Below are positions 24,043-32,000 of a stretch of DNA of 32,000 bases, piece after piece (positions within the stretch are counted from its first letter, which is position 1; every line of letters starts with the position of its first letter). Below the pieces are notes generated by a model. That model had not been told where the DNA came from. It saw only the letters and a program-made list of their open reading frames with translations, and made no database searches. The position numbers and the translations under genes are program-made. This DNA is from Geotalea uraniireducens Rf4 (GTDB lineage Bacteria > Desulfobacterota > Desulfuromonadia > Geobacterales > Geobacteraceae). The stretch covers positions 120,001 to 152,000 of the forward strand of contig NC_009483.1 in NCBI RefSeq assembly GCF_000016745.1, written 5' to 3'.

Positions 24043-25224
24043 ATGACTATTAACACCGACGTAATCGACGATCTACTCAAACATTATAAGACCCCCGAAG
24101 AGATTCTAGGGGAAAACGGGCTGCTGAAGCAGTTGACCAAGGCTGTTCTTCAGCGGGCGCTCCAGGCTGAAATGACACTGCACCTCGGCCACGAGAAGCA
24201 TGCTTCCGTTTCCGCCAAAGGTGGCAATGCACGCAATGGCTCGTCGGCAAAGACCATCAAAGGCGATTTTGGCACCATGCCGATTGAGGTCCCTCGTGAC
24301 CGGGATAGCAGCTTTGAACCAGTCATCATTCCCAAAGGCCAAACCCGGTTCGCCGAGTTCGATGATAAGATTATCTCCCTGTACTCCCGCGGGCTTACCA
24401 CTCGTGAGATCCAGGGACACTTGGAGGAAATCTACGGTGTTGAAGTATCCCCCGCTCTGATTTCAATAGTGACTGAAGCAGTAGCTGAAGAGGTCAAAGC
24501 TTGGCAGAACCGCCCGTTGGATGCGCTTTATCCCATCGTTTACATGGATGCCATCAGGGTCAAAGCCAGAGGCAATGGCCATGTTGTGAACAAGGCTGTC
24601 TATCTGGCCATCGGCATCAACATAGACGGTGCCAAGGAAGTTCTGGGAATGTGGGTCTCCGAAAACGAAGGAGCCAAGTTCTGGTTGCAGGTTGTGACCG
24701 AACTTAAGAACCGTGGTGTCCAGGACATCTTCATTGCCTGCGTTGACGGCCTGAAGGGGTTCCCTGAGGCCATAGAAATAGTTTATCCCAACACTCAAGT
24801 CCAACTTTGCATCGTCCATATGGTACGCAATTCCTTGAAGTTCGTTTCGTGGAAACAACGCAAAGAAGTTGCGACAGATTTGAAGGTTATCTACCAGTCA
24901 GCGACCGCTGAGCAGGCCGAAATGGAACTGACAGCATTTGAGGCAAAATGGGACAAAACACACCCGACGATCAGCCAGTCCTGGCGCCGGAACTGGGCGC
25001 AAGTTATACCATTTTTTGCCTATCCAGCTGATATACGAAAGGTTATTTACACAACCAATGCCATTGAATCACTGAATATGTCACTCAGAAAGGTGACCAA
25101 AAACCGGGGCTCGTTTCCCAATGATGAGGCAATGTTCAAGTTACTATACCTGGCGCTGAGAAACATCGCGAAGAAGGCTCTGCAACGAATCAAGTGGGTA
25201 GAGGGAATAGCGACTTTAGGTTGA
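24043..25224 (+). pseudogene. IS256-family (mutator-type) transposase gene disrupted near its 3' end
   Basis: It matches the copy-2 protein through ...LRNIAKK, then reads into the ISL3 end (ALQRIKWVEGIATLG*). The displaced 3' coding fragment resumes at about 26526 and ends at 26607. Confidence 0.85.
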
Positions 25225-26517
25225 GCTTGCCTGCAACCAGATAAGCCATGCAGATCAAGTTGTCAGGATTCCGATAGCCTCGTGCCCGAGTTTTGGCTGA
25301 TTGAATTAGGCTGTTGATGCCCTCAATGAAGCCGCTAGTCAGGCCGCTTTCAAAATGTGCCAGAATGCCATCCCAATGCTCTTTTACAGATTCGGCCATG
25401 TTCTTGATGAGTTGGATTGAGCTTGCGGCGGCTTTCCGATGCCATTTGGTCAACAGGGTTTCTGCCTCCGTTCGGCTTGAAGCAAAATAGACGTTCTGAA
25501 GGTTCAGCTTGTGCATGTAAGCTTCCGTACTCCTTAAGCTTTGACTGGTGATAATGGCATCCAGGCGCTGTTCCTCTTCCGGTGTCAGGTTCTCTGGATT
25601 TTTGAGGAACAGGTTTCTGCTCTTTTTCAGGATTTCAGGAAATAACCTGGCTTCTTGAGCCCTTATCTTACTAAGCTTATCGTTCATAAGCTTGATGACG
25701 TGGAATTTATCGAAGGTGACCACGGCATGGGGCAACTGCTCTTTGACACCCTTTATGAATGCCTTGGACATGTCAATAGCAGCGTCTGTGATGCTATCAG
25801 GATCGCCGCCATGTGACTTAAGGTCCGCGACGAAGCTCTTGACTGTTTCGTTGTCCTTTCCCGTCGTGCCGAACAAGAGCTTATGCATGTCGAGGTCGAA
25901 GAAGAAGGTGACGAATTTCTCGTCATGACTGCGCCCGGCAAAGGTTTCATCCGCACCGACCCTCTTCACCTCGGAGAAGTCTTCTGCGGCCCTTGCCTTC
26001 TCGACATAGGATTGAATCAACCGCCATAGACGGGTATCGGTAACGGCAAACAGCCTGCTCATGACCTTCACCGGCAAATCACGAGCCATGGTCATGGCCA
26101 GGGCCTCAAACAGCAGCGTAAATCCTGAGCCTGCGCGAGCCCAGGGTACCTGGACCAACTTCACGCCGCAGTCGCTGTTAGGGCACTTTACCCGTGGAAC
26201 ACGCGCATGAAGGTAGGCTTCGTACTGGAAGAAATTCAGATGCCGCCACTCTTTCTCCGTGGTGTCATGGACTGGTGACAACGTTCCGCAGACCGGACAG
26301 GGAAAGGTGGCTCCCCGCTGGAAGTCGATGGTTATGTCCAAACGACTTGACTTCTTGTTGAAGTCAACAGAGGTAACCTTCCACGGGATGGCAATTCCAA
26401 GAGCAGCACCAAAAAGATCTTCAGGATTCATAGCGATTACTAACCTCCAGGCTGAGTGATGGTGGCCTATCTTACATCAACCCGGCCCAGGCTACCCACT
26501 CAATTCGTCGAGGAGCC
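25176..26517 (-). mobile_element. ISL3-family insertion sequence (1342 bp) nested inside IS256 copy 1
   Basis: The terminal IRs are GGCTCTGCAACGAATCAAGTGGGTAG and, reverse-complemented, GGCTCCTCGACGAATTGAGTGGGTAG. The 8-bp duplication GCGAAGAA lies at 25168-25175 and 26518-26525. The uninterrupted target GCGAAGAA occurs once in copy 2 at 27862-27869. Confidence 0.9.
25190..26431 (-). CDS. ISL3-family transposase
   Basis: The 413-aa ORF has an N-terminal zinc-finger-like CPVCG...CPNSDC and ISL3-type core motifs. GGAGG RBS. Confidence 0.88.
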   Translation of the reverse strand: MNPEDLFGAALGIAIPWKVTSVDFNKKSSRLDITIDFQRGATFPCPVCGTLSPVHDTTEKEWRHLNFFQYEAYLHARVPRVKCPNSDCGVKLVQVPWARAGSGFTLLFEALAMTMARDLPVKVMSRLFAVTDTRLWRLIQSYVEKARAAEDFSEVKRVGADETFAGRSHDEKFVTFFFDLDMHKLLFGTTGKDNETVKSFVADLKSHGGDPDSITDAAIDMSKAFIKGVKEQLPHAVVTFDKFHVIKLMNDKLSKIRAQEARLFPEILKKSRNLFLKNPENLTPEEEQRLDAIITSQSLRSTEAYMHKLNLQNVYFASSRTEAETLLTKWHRKAAASSIQLIKNMAESVKEHWDGILAHFESGLTSGFIEGINSLIQSAKTRARGYRNPDNLICMAYLVAGKLNLKSLFPLPT

Positions 26518-26670
26518 GCGAAGAAATGGACCCTGCCGATCAGAGACTGGAAAGCTGCCATGAACCGCTTTTCCATTCTTTTTGAAGACAGAATGCCAAG
26601 CTATTAAAAACAGGGAACCAAAACCATTTACACAAAACTATTGACAGGCCCCGCCTCAATCCTCGCCGCC

Positions 26671-27995
26671 GAGGGTGTAAAAAGGTTTGTGTAAATGGTC
26701 ATTAGGGGGTACACCAAGTTACCCTAAGGAGATCACATGACTATTAACACCGACGTAATCGACGATCTACTCAAACATTATAAGACCCCCGAAGAGATTC
26801 TAGGGGAAAACGGGCTGCTGAAGCAGTTGACCAAGGCTGTTCTTCAGCGGGCGCTCCAGGCTGAAATGACACTGCACCTCGGCCACGAGAAGCATGCTTC
26901 CGTTTCCGCCAAAGGTGGCAATGCACGCAATGGCTCGTCGGCAAAGACCATCAAAGGCGATTTTGGCACCATGCCGATTGAGGTCCCTCGTGACCGGGAT
27001 AGCAGCTTTGAACCAGTCATCATTCCCAAAGGCCAAACCCGGTTCGCCGAGTTCGATGATAAGATTATCTCCCTGTACTCCCGCGGGCTTACCACTCGTG
27101 AGATCCAGGGACACTTGGAGGAAATCTACGGTGTTGAAGTATCCCCCGCTCTGATTTCAATAGTGACTGAAGCAGTAGCTGAAGAGGTCAAAGCTTGGCA
27201 GAACCGCCCGTTGGATGCGCTTTATCCCATCGTTTACATGGATGCCATCAGGGTCAAAGCCAGAGGCAATGGCCATGTTGTGAACAAGGCTGTCTATCTG
27301 GCCATCGGCATCAACATAGACGGTGCCAAGGAAGTTCTGGGAATGTGGGTCTCCGAAAACGAAGGAGCCAAGTTCTGGTTGCAGGTTGTGACCGAACTTA
27401 AGAACCGTGGTGTCCAGGACATCTTCATTGCCTGCGTTGACGGCCTGAAGGGGTTCCCTGAGGCCATAGAAATAGTTTATCCCAACACTCAAGTCCAACT
27501 TTGCATCGTCCATATGGTACGCAATTCCTTGAAGTTCGTTTCGTGGAAACAACGCAAAGAAGTTGCGACAGATTTGAAGGTTATCTACCAGTCAGCGACC
27601 GCTGAGCAGGCCGAAATGGAACTGACAGCATTTGAGGCAAAATGGGACAAAACACACCCGACGATCAGCCAGTCCTGGCGCCGGAACTGGGCGCAAGTTA
27701 TACCATTTTTTGCCTATCCAGCTGATATACGAAAGGTTATTTACACAACCAATGCCATTGAATCACTGAATATGTCACTCAGAAAGGTGACCAAAAACCG
27801 GGGCTCGTTTCCCAATGATGAGGCAATGTTCAAGTTACTATACCTGGCGCTGAGAAACATCGCGAAGAAATGGACCCTGCCGATCAGAGACTGGAAAGCT
27901 GCCATGAACCGCTTTTCCATTCTTTTTGAAGACAGAATGCCAAGCTATTAAAAACAGGGAACCAAAACCATTTACACAAAACTATTGACAGGCCC
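26671..27995 (+). mobile_element. IS256-family insertion sequence, copy 2 (intact, 1325 bp)
   Basis: It has the same termini as copy 1. Direct repeat TCGCCGCC lies at 26663-26670 and 27996-28003. All overlapping ORF translations match copy 1 exactly. Confidence 0.88.
26737..27951 (+). CDS. IS256-family (mutator-type) transposase, intact
   Basis: 404 aa with the typical layout ...GENGLLKQLTKAVLQRALQAEM..HLG..., DALYPIVYMDAIRVK, and IFIACVDGLKGFPEAI. AAGGAGA RBS. Confidence 0.9.
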   Translation: MTINTDVIDDLLKHYKTPEEILGENGLLKQLTKAVLQRALQAEMTLHLGHEKHASVSAKGGNARNGSSAKTIKGDFGTMPIEVPRDRDSSFEPVIIPKGQTRFAEFDDKIISLYSRGLTTREIQGHLEEIYGVEVSPALISIVTEAVAEEVKAWQNRPLDALYPIVYMDAIRVKARGNGHVVNKAVYLAIGINIDGAKEVLGMWVSENEGAKFWLQVVTELKNRGVQDIFIACVDGLKGFPEAIEIVYPNTQVQLCIVHMVRNSLKFVSWKQRKEVATDLKVIYQSATAEQAEMELTAFEAKWDKTHPTISQSWRRNWAQVIPFFAYPADIRKVIYTTNAIESLNMSLRKVTKNRGSFPNDEAMFKLLYLALRNIAKKWTLPIRDWKAAMNRFSILFEDRMPSY

Positions 27996-28032
27996 TCGCC
28001 GCCTTGATTTCATCCTTGATTTGAAATCGGAA

Positions 28033-28311
28033 TTACTTGTGACCCTTGAGCAAATCATCGAGCAAGTCGTTTGCTTCCTTCAGCTTTTGCTCCAGTTTCC
28101 TGATCTCTTCATCCGTATAAACTCTTTTTCCTTTTTTAATCTCTTTATTCAGTTTTCCGATCTTCTGCTGGATGCTGTCCACTTCGTCAGTGCAGCCTTT
28201 GGAAGCAAGGAGACACTGGTTTTTTTCTTCTTTCGTCATATCGGCGGCGAATGCCGGTAATGCTGCCGACATGACGAATGCCGCCATGATTGCTATCCCT
28301 ATCCTTTTCAT
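28033..28311 (-). CDS. Small secreted coiled-coil protein of unknown function
   Basis: GGAGGAA RBS, signal peptide ending AFA-AD, two Cys, and a Lys/Glu-rich helical remainder. Confidence 0.7.
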   Translation of the reverse strand: MKRIGIAIMAAFVMSAALPAFAADMTKEEKNQCLLASKGCTDEVDSIQQKIGKLNKEIKKGKRVYTDEEIRKLEQKLKEANDLLDDLLKGHK

Positions 28312-28426
28312 GGAATATTCCTCCGATTAGATTGGTTTCTTAAGATTCAATCGCACATTCGGCACATGTCAATCCCGGCAGACCGGAAGAGTCGATCTCC
28401 TCCGGCCCGCCGTCCGGTTTTGACAA

Positions 28427-29791
28427 TCAGAATGCGTAAACCATCATGATACGTGTCGTATAGGGGTTGTCCGGGTCTGCGCCGTTTTTGGCAACTCCTT
28501 TGAAATAGTCGCCGAGGAATATGTAGCCGCCCTGTAGCCTTGCGGTCAGGTTGTCGAAGAGCTTGTAGCCGATTTCGGCGTTGATCTCGGTGCCGAGGTA
28601 GTTGCTGGAATTTTTGACCCCGGTATTCAGGTTGGTCGGCTTGTTGGCATTTTCCTTTGCCACGGCGGCAAAACCGGCATAAGCGTCGGCGAACAGCTTG
28701 TCGGTGATCGCCACATCATAACCGATAGAGCCGAAGATCACCCCCTGGTCCTTGTTGTTGATGGTGTAAACAATGGCGTTATCCGTGGTTCCGGCAAACT
28801 TGTCCTTTCTCAGCATCCGCATCTCGGATTCATAGTCATGCTCAGCGCCGCTATCGATATCCTCAACGGCCTGGAAGGCATTGCTGGTGCTTCTGGAGGT
28901 GCTCTTCTCACCTGAAGCATAGAGAAACGAGGTCTTGATGCTGCCGGGACCAACCTTGGCCCTGGCTGCAACGCTGCCGGCAAAGGCGTTCAGGTGCCTT
29001 TGAGTCCCGGGCCCCTCCAGGTTGCCGAACTGGTAGAGCAGAAATCCCTCGACAGAGGCGATTCCCATGGTGGCTGCCGCGTTGACGCCGAGGGTATGGG
29101 CGATCTCCTTGGTAATGGCGCGAATGGCGTTAGTGCCCCCCACATCATCGTTCAGCAGATAATAGGAGCCCCCCAGGACCATGTCCTTGTTCACCTGGTA
29201 TTTGCCGTCCAGGATGAGCAGGTCGCGGGCCTCTTTTCCGGCTATCGATCCCTTGTCGTCAAAACGGAACCATCCCAGTGCGAGGGAGGTATTGTTCATC
29301 CTGGAAGAAGCCAGCACACCGGCCATGTCCGCATCGACGAAGATGCCGTTATAGGCATCCTCCCAGGGTTGCATGCCGACTTTCATATTTACCGGCGTTG
29401 CCGGGATATTGAAGTCCAGGTAGATACTCTTTGTTTCGAGATTCACCTCGTCGGCCCCGAGGGCGCCGCCTTTGTTTCTGGCCACACCGTATGAGGCATC
29501 GCCAAATCGGGAGTCGATCTCGAAGTGGGTGACCAGCTTCAGGTCATCGTTGGCCTTGGCCATATACTTGAGCCTGGCTCGTTGTTCCACGTAACTGTTG
29601 GTCGGGGCTTTGCTGTCTTTGCCCGCGGGCTCATAGAACTCGCCCGGCGAGCCGTTGTTGAAGTTGGAGATGAAACCCTTCACCCTGTACATGCCATGAA
29701 ATTCATTCTCCAGGGCCATTGCCGGTAATGCCATGGTGGCGGTTATGGCCCCGGCGGCAAGTACTGCCGCTACCTTATGCTTGAAACACAT
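28427..29791 (-). CDS. Porin-like outer-membrane beta-barrel protein
   Basis: Start MCFKHKVAAVLAAGAITATMALPAMA behind AGGAGG; the 504-aa track ORF is an upstream extension. It shows alternating amphipathic strands and a C-terminal ...MMVYAF aromatic terminus typical of OMPs. Confidence 0.75.
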   Translation of the reverse strand: MCFKHKVAAVLAAGAITATMALPAMALENEFHGMYRVKGFISNFNNGSPGEFYEPAGKDSKAPTNSYVEQRARLKYMAKANDDLKLVTHFEIDSRFGDASYGVARNKGGALGADEVNLETKSIYLDFNIPATPVNMKVGMQPWEDAYNGIFVDADMAGVLASSRMNNTSLALGWFRFDDKGSIAGKEARDLLILDGKYQVNKDMVLGGSYYLLNDDVGGTNAIRAITKEIAHTLGVNAAATMGIASVEGFLLYQFGNLEGPGTQRHLNAFAGSVAARAKVGPGSIKTSFLYASGEKSTSRSTSNAFQAVEDIDSGAEHDYESEMRMLRKDKFAGTTDNAIVYTINNKDQGVIFGSIGYDVAITDKLFADAYAGFAAVAKENANKPTNLNTGVKNSSNYLGTEINAEIGYKLFDNLTARLQGGYIFLGDYFKGVAKNGADPDNPYTTRIMMVYAF

Positions 29792-30011
29792 TTTCTGCCT
29801 CCTTTTAATCGATGCCAGTTGCCGATGCTCTTCATTCCCACCCGAATAAAGGGCAGATCGGCATATAGAGGGCGGCAGCAAGGGTGGCTGCTGCAGCGCA
29901 ACTGTGTTCTTCCTGCCTGTCTTCGGCCTTGCCAATTCCAAATCAAGGCGCTATCTTCGTTGGTTCGTTTCAGTGCGACATCAAGACCGGGACGGTCATG
30001 TGCCATCATGT

Positions 30012-32000
30012 TTAAATGTTCGCGATAGTGACCGGGATGGAAAAATTCCTGGTCAGGTGCCCCTTGAGCATTTCCTCGAAGTCCGCCTCGCGGTCGCCGC
30101 AGTAGACCAGGGATGAGGCGATTTCAGCCGCGAGAACGGCGTACTGGTACTTTGCCGGCAGCTTGTCGAGCCGCCGGCGATACTTGTCCTCGTCCCGGAG
30201 CAGCAGCGGCAGATGGGCCAGAATAGCTTGGCGAAACAACGGCTCTACGCAAAGGTGGGGGCGCCGTTGGAAGAAGTTGAATAATCTGGCGTAATGGGCG
30301 TTGATCTCCAGGCTGATTGCGTCCGAAATCTCGGTATAGAGAAGGTTGCAGCCCGGTTCACGGTGGCGCCGGAAGATCAGCCGCGCCTCATCCTCTGCCC
30401 GCTTTTCGAGGATTTCGATGACATCGGCCACATAGCGCTCCTTGAGGGAAAGAAACTCATCTTCGCTCAAGAGCAGATTGGCGATGATCTCGTAGGATGA
30501 GGAAATCACCCCGCACTTGTTGGCGGAGGCGTCGCGCATGATGACGATTCCCCGTCTCTGCATCTGGATGCGGGCCTCCGGGGTAATGAACGAATTGGCC
30601 CCTTCCACGATGGCCCGGGTGGTGGGGGTGCCGTCCTCCCGGAACAACCGGTGCCAGTTGTGCTTGTCGATGGTTTCCGGCCTGCCGCCGGCGGGTATGA
30701 ACAGGTCGGTGGGTACGGAGAAGAGGAGATTGCCGAATTCCCGGTGGAACTCGTCCATGGTCACCCATTGCTCTTCGGTCCCGGCCCCGGTGCTGACTAC
30801 CCGTTTGAACAGTTCACGCAGCCCGTCGGTGCGGTGCTGCCGGCGATACAGTATGAATCCGCCGGGGTGAAGCCTGGTCGGGTCGAAGGCATCCAGATCG
30901 TCTTTAAGCAGGATCCGTTGCAGTTCCTCCCGCTGCACACCTTCCGGGTCAAAAATGGCTCCGCTGCCGTCCAGCATGAGCTTGATCCTGACCTGCGGAC
31001 ATTGTTCCAGCAGAATGCACATGGCGTTGCCTGCTACGTCGCCGTTGGGTCCGCCGGTGAACTTGACCGAAAAAGGGTCTCTTCTGATGTCGATGCCCAA
31101 CTCCTGCATGGTGATCTCGGCGAACTTCACCACCCCTGTCGAGGTGACCCCGTACTCCTTGTGGTTGATGCCGACCTTTTTGCTGGAAATGATGCCTATC
31201 CCCAGGATATAGCCGCGCTTCAGCGATTGGCGGGCGATCATCTCGATCATGACATCGTGCATGTTTTCGTCGGGTCCGAGCTCGATCGGCTCATCCTCCC
31301 GGTAGTAGTCCACCACGCGCTGGTCCCGTGCCGTGCCCCCTTCGGTGACGAAGATATCGAGGAAGGCATTGAGAAAGCCGAACTGGAGCTTGTACAGCCG
31401 CTGCGTCAACAGGTCCTGATCCTCCAGGTTGGCGGCATCGAGGACCACCACCATCTTCGACCCTCCTTCGTAGATGTCCTTGTTTTTCAGGTGCTGGGTG
31501 TGGGCCAGCACGTACACCTCGCGGAACAGGGTGCTGGCGGAGGTTACATAGTCGTCACGGTTCCGGGTGATGATGGTGCGCCATCCCCCGCGGGCAATGT
31601 CGGAGAAGCCGATATGGTAGCCGGCGCCGTAGCGGCCGAAGAAGAAGGTAATCCTGAAGGGGACTTCCGTCGGCAGATCCGCGATGAATTCCGGGTTCAG
31701 TTCCGCGAGATAGGCGGGATCGAGGCGGAACGCCAGCGCATGCTTTTCCGGGACGTAGAAATTGGTCTTCAGGGTATTGCGAATGAAGGTGATGCAGCAC
31801 CTGAAGATCGACCGGCGGATGTCGTCGATGTAACGGTGACCGGTGTTGTATTCCTCAATGAAGCGGGTCGTCTCCTCGAGCATCCGCCGGTAAAACTCAT
31901 CCCGCCCCTCGATGCCCGGTTCGAATCGGGCGCGGAAGAGCGCTGACAGTTGCAGGGCGATATCGGGATGGGAATGAAAGGCCCGCATCACATCCTCATA
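30012..32000 (-). CDS. Large NAD-specific glutamate dehydrogenase (Bac_GDH family); N-terminal part lies outside the window
   Basis: The frame stays open to the window edge (YED precedes the listed start). Motifs: ARGGWR, HLKNKDIYEGGSKMVV, GPDENMHD, GINHKEYGVTSTGV, and GGPNGDVAGN. Confidence 0.85.
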   Translation of the reverse strand, partial: YEDVMRAFHSHPDIALQLSALFRARFEPGIEGRDEFYRRMLEETTRFIEEYNTGHRYIDDIRRSIFRCCITFIRNTLKTNFYVPEKHALAFRLDPAYLAELNPEFIADLPTEVPFRITFFFGRYGAGYHIGFSDIARGGWRTIITRNRDDYVTSASTLFREVYVLAHTQHLKNKDIYEGGSKMVVVLDAANLEDQDLLTQRLYKLQFGFLNAFLDIFVTEGGTARDQRVVDYYREDEPIELGPDENMHDVMIEMIARQSLKRGYILGIGIISSKKVGINHKEYGVTSTGVVKFAEITMQELGIDIRRDPFSVKFTGGPNGDVAGNAMCILLEQCPQVRIKLMLDGSGAIFDPEGVQREELQRILLKDDLDAFDPTRLHPGGFILYRRQHRTDGLRELFKRVVSTGAGTEEQWVTMDEFHREFGNLLFSVPTDLFIPAGGRPETIDKHNWHRLFREDGTPTTRAIVEGANSFITPEARIQMQRRGIVIMRDASANKCGVISSSYEIIANLLLSEDEFLSLKERYVADVIEILEKRAEDEARLIFRRHREPGCNLLYTEISDAISLEINAHYARLFNFFQRRPHLCVEPLFRQAILAHLPLLLRDEDKYRRRLDKLPAKYQYAVLAAEIASSLVYCGDREADFEEMLKGHLTRNFSIPVTIANI

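Larger units (their letters stand above)
23977..26651 (+). mobile_element. IS256-family insertion sequence, copy 1, interrupted by an ISL3-family element
   Basis: The left end is GAGGGTGTAAAAAGGTTTGTGTAAATGG; the right end is CCATTTACACAAAACTATTGACAGGCCC. Direct repeat CGCCTCAA flanks it (23969-23976 and 26652-26659). Its length minus the nested insert and that insert's 8-bp duplication is 1325 bp, the same as copy 2. The exact termini could shift by 1-2 bp. Confidence 0.85.

Noticed and set aside
23977-27995. Composite transposon formed by the two IS256 copies carrying the ISL3 element
   Set aside because: The ISL3 element lies inside copy 1 with its own 8-bp duplication. Only 19 bp separate the two IS256 copies, and each copy has a different target duplication.
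30651-31946. 431-aa plus-strand ORF opposite the glutamate dehydrogenase gene
   Set aside because: It is the antisense frame of a highly conserved Bac_GDH gene. Antisense ORFs of this kind are a known source of spurious annotations.

Overview
High-GC bacterial chromosomal segment. The gene content, sigma-54 regulators and GTAGGGGC-type REP repeats suggest a Geobacter-like member of the Desulfuromonadota; this is inference and was not checked. Layout from left to right: (1) a partial ABC ATPase, then a sensor kinase and a sigma-54 (NtrC-type) response regulator. (2) Two minus-strand genes for His-rich envelope proteins. One is a 55-aa lipoprotein missing from the ORF track. The other sits behind a near-consensus -24/-12 promoter. 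(3) A divergent cusC-cusB-cusA-type RND efflux operon that keeps the CusA Met triad. Its intergenic spacers are filled with structured repeats. (4) A co-directional tail: a Met/His-rich periplasmic protein, a GerMN lipoprotein, a class II (c'-type) cytochrome, and a GrdB-family protein whose two listed ORFs are joined by an in-frame TGA (candidate selenocysteine, with a downstream hairpin). (5) An ECF sigma factor with a Cys-containing C-terminal extension and no adjacent anti-sigma, followed by an alpha/beta hydrolase and an NAD(P)H quinone-reductase-like flavoprotein. (6) A lower-GC patch holding a lipoprotein and a DsbA-like gene. (7) A 219-bp MITE with a 9-bp target duplication. (8) An ECF sigma / zinc-finger anti-sigma pair. 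Two matching GGAAC-N18-GTCT promoters lie in front of the sigma gene and of a run of uncharacterised secreted proteins, including ankyrin and TPR proteins. (9) An IS hotspot with two 1325-bp IS256-family copies inserted 3 bp apart, the first split by an ISL3-family element. (10) A small secreted protein, a porin-like beta-barrel and the 3' part of a large NAD-glutamate dehydrogenase. I found no rRNA, tRNA or CRISPR array. The most novel candidates are the orphan GrdB-like selenoprotein and its redox neighbours attached to the cus operon, the sigma-54-controlled His-rich proteins, and the ECF-controlled cluster of unknown secreted proteins.
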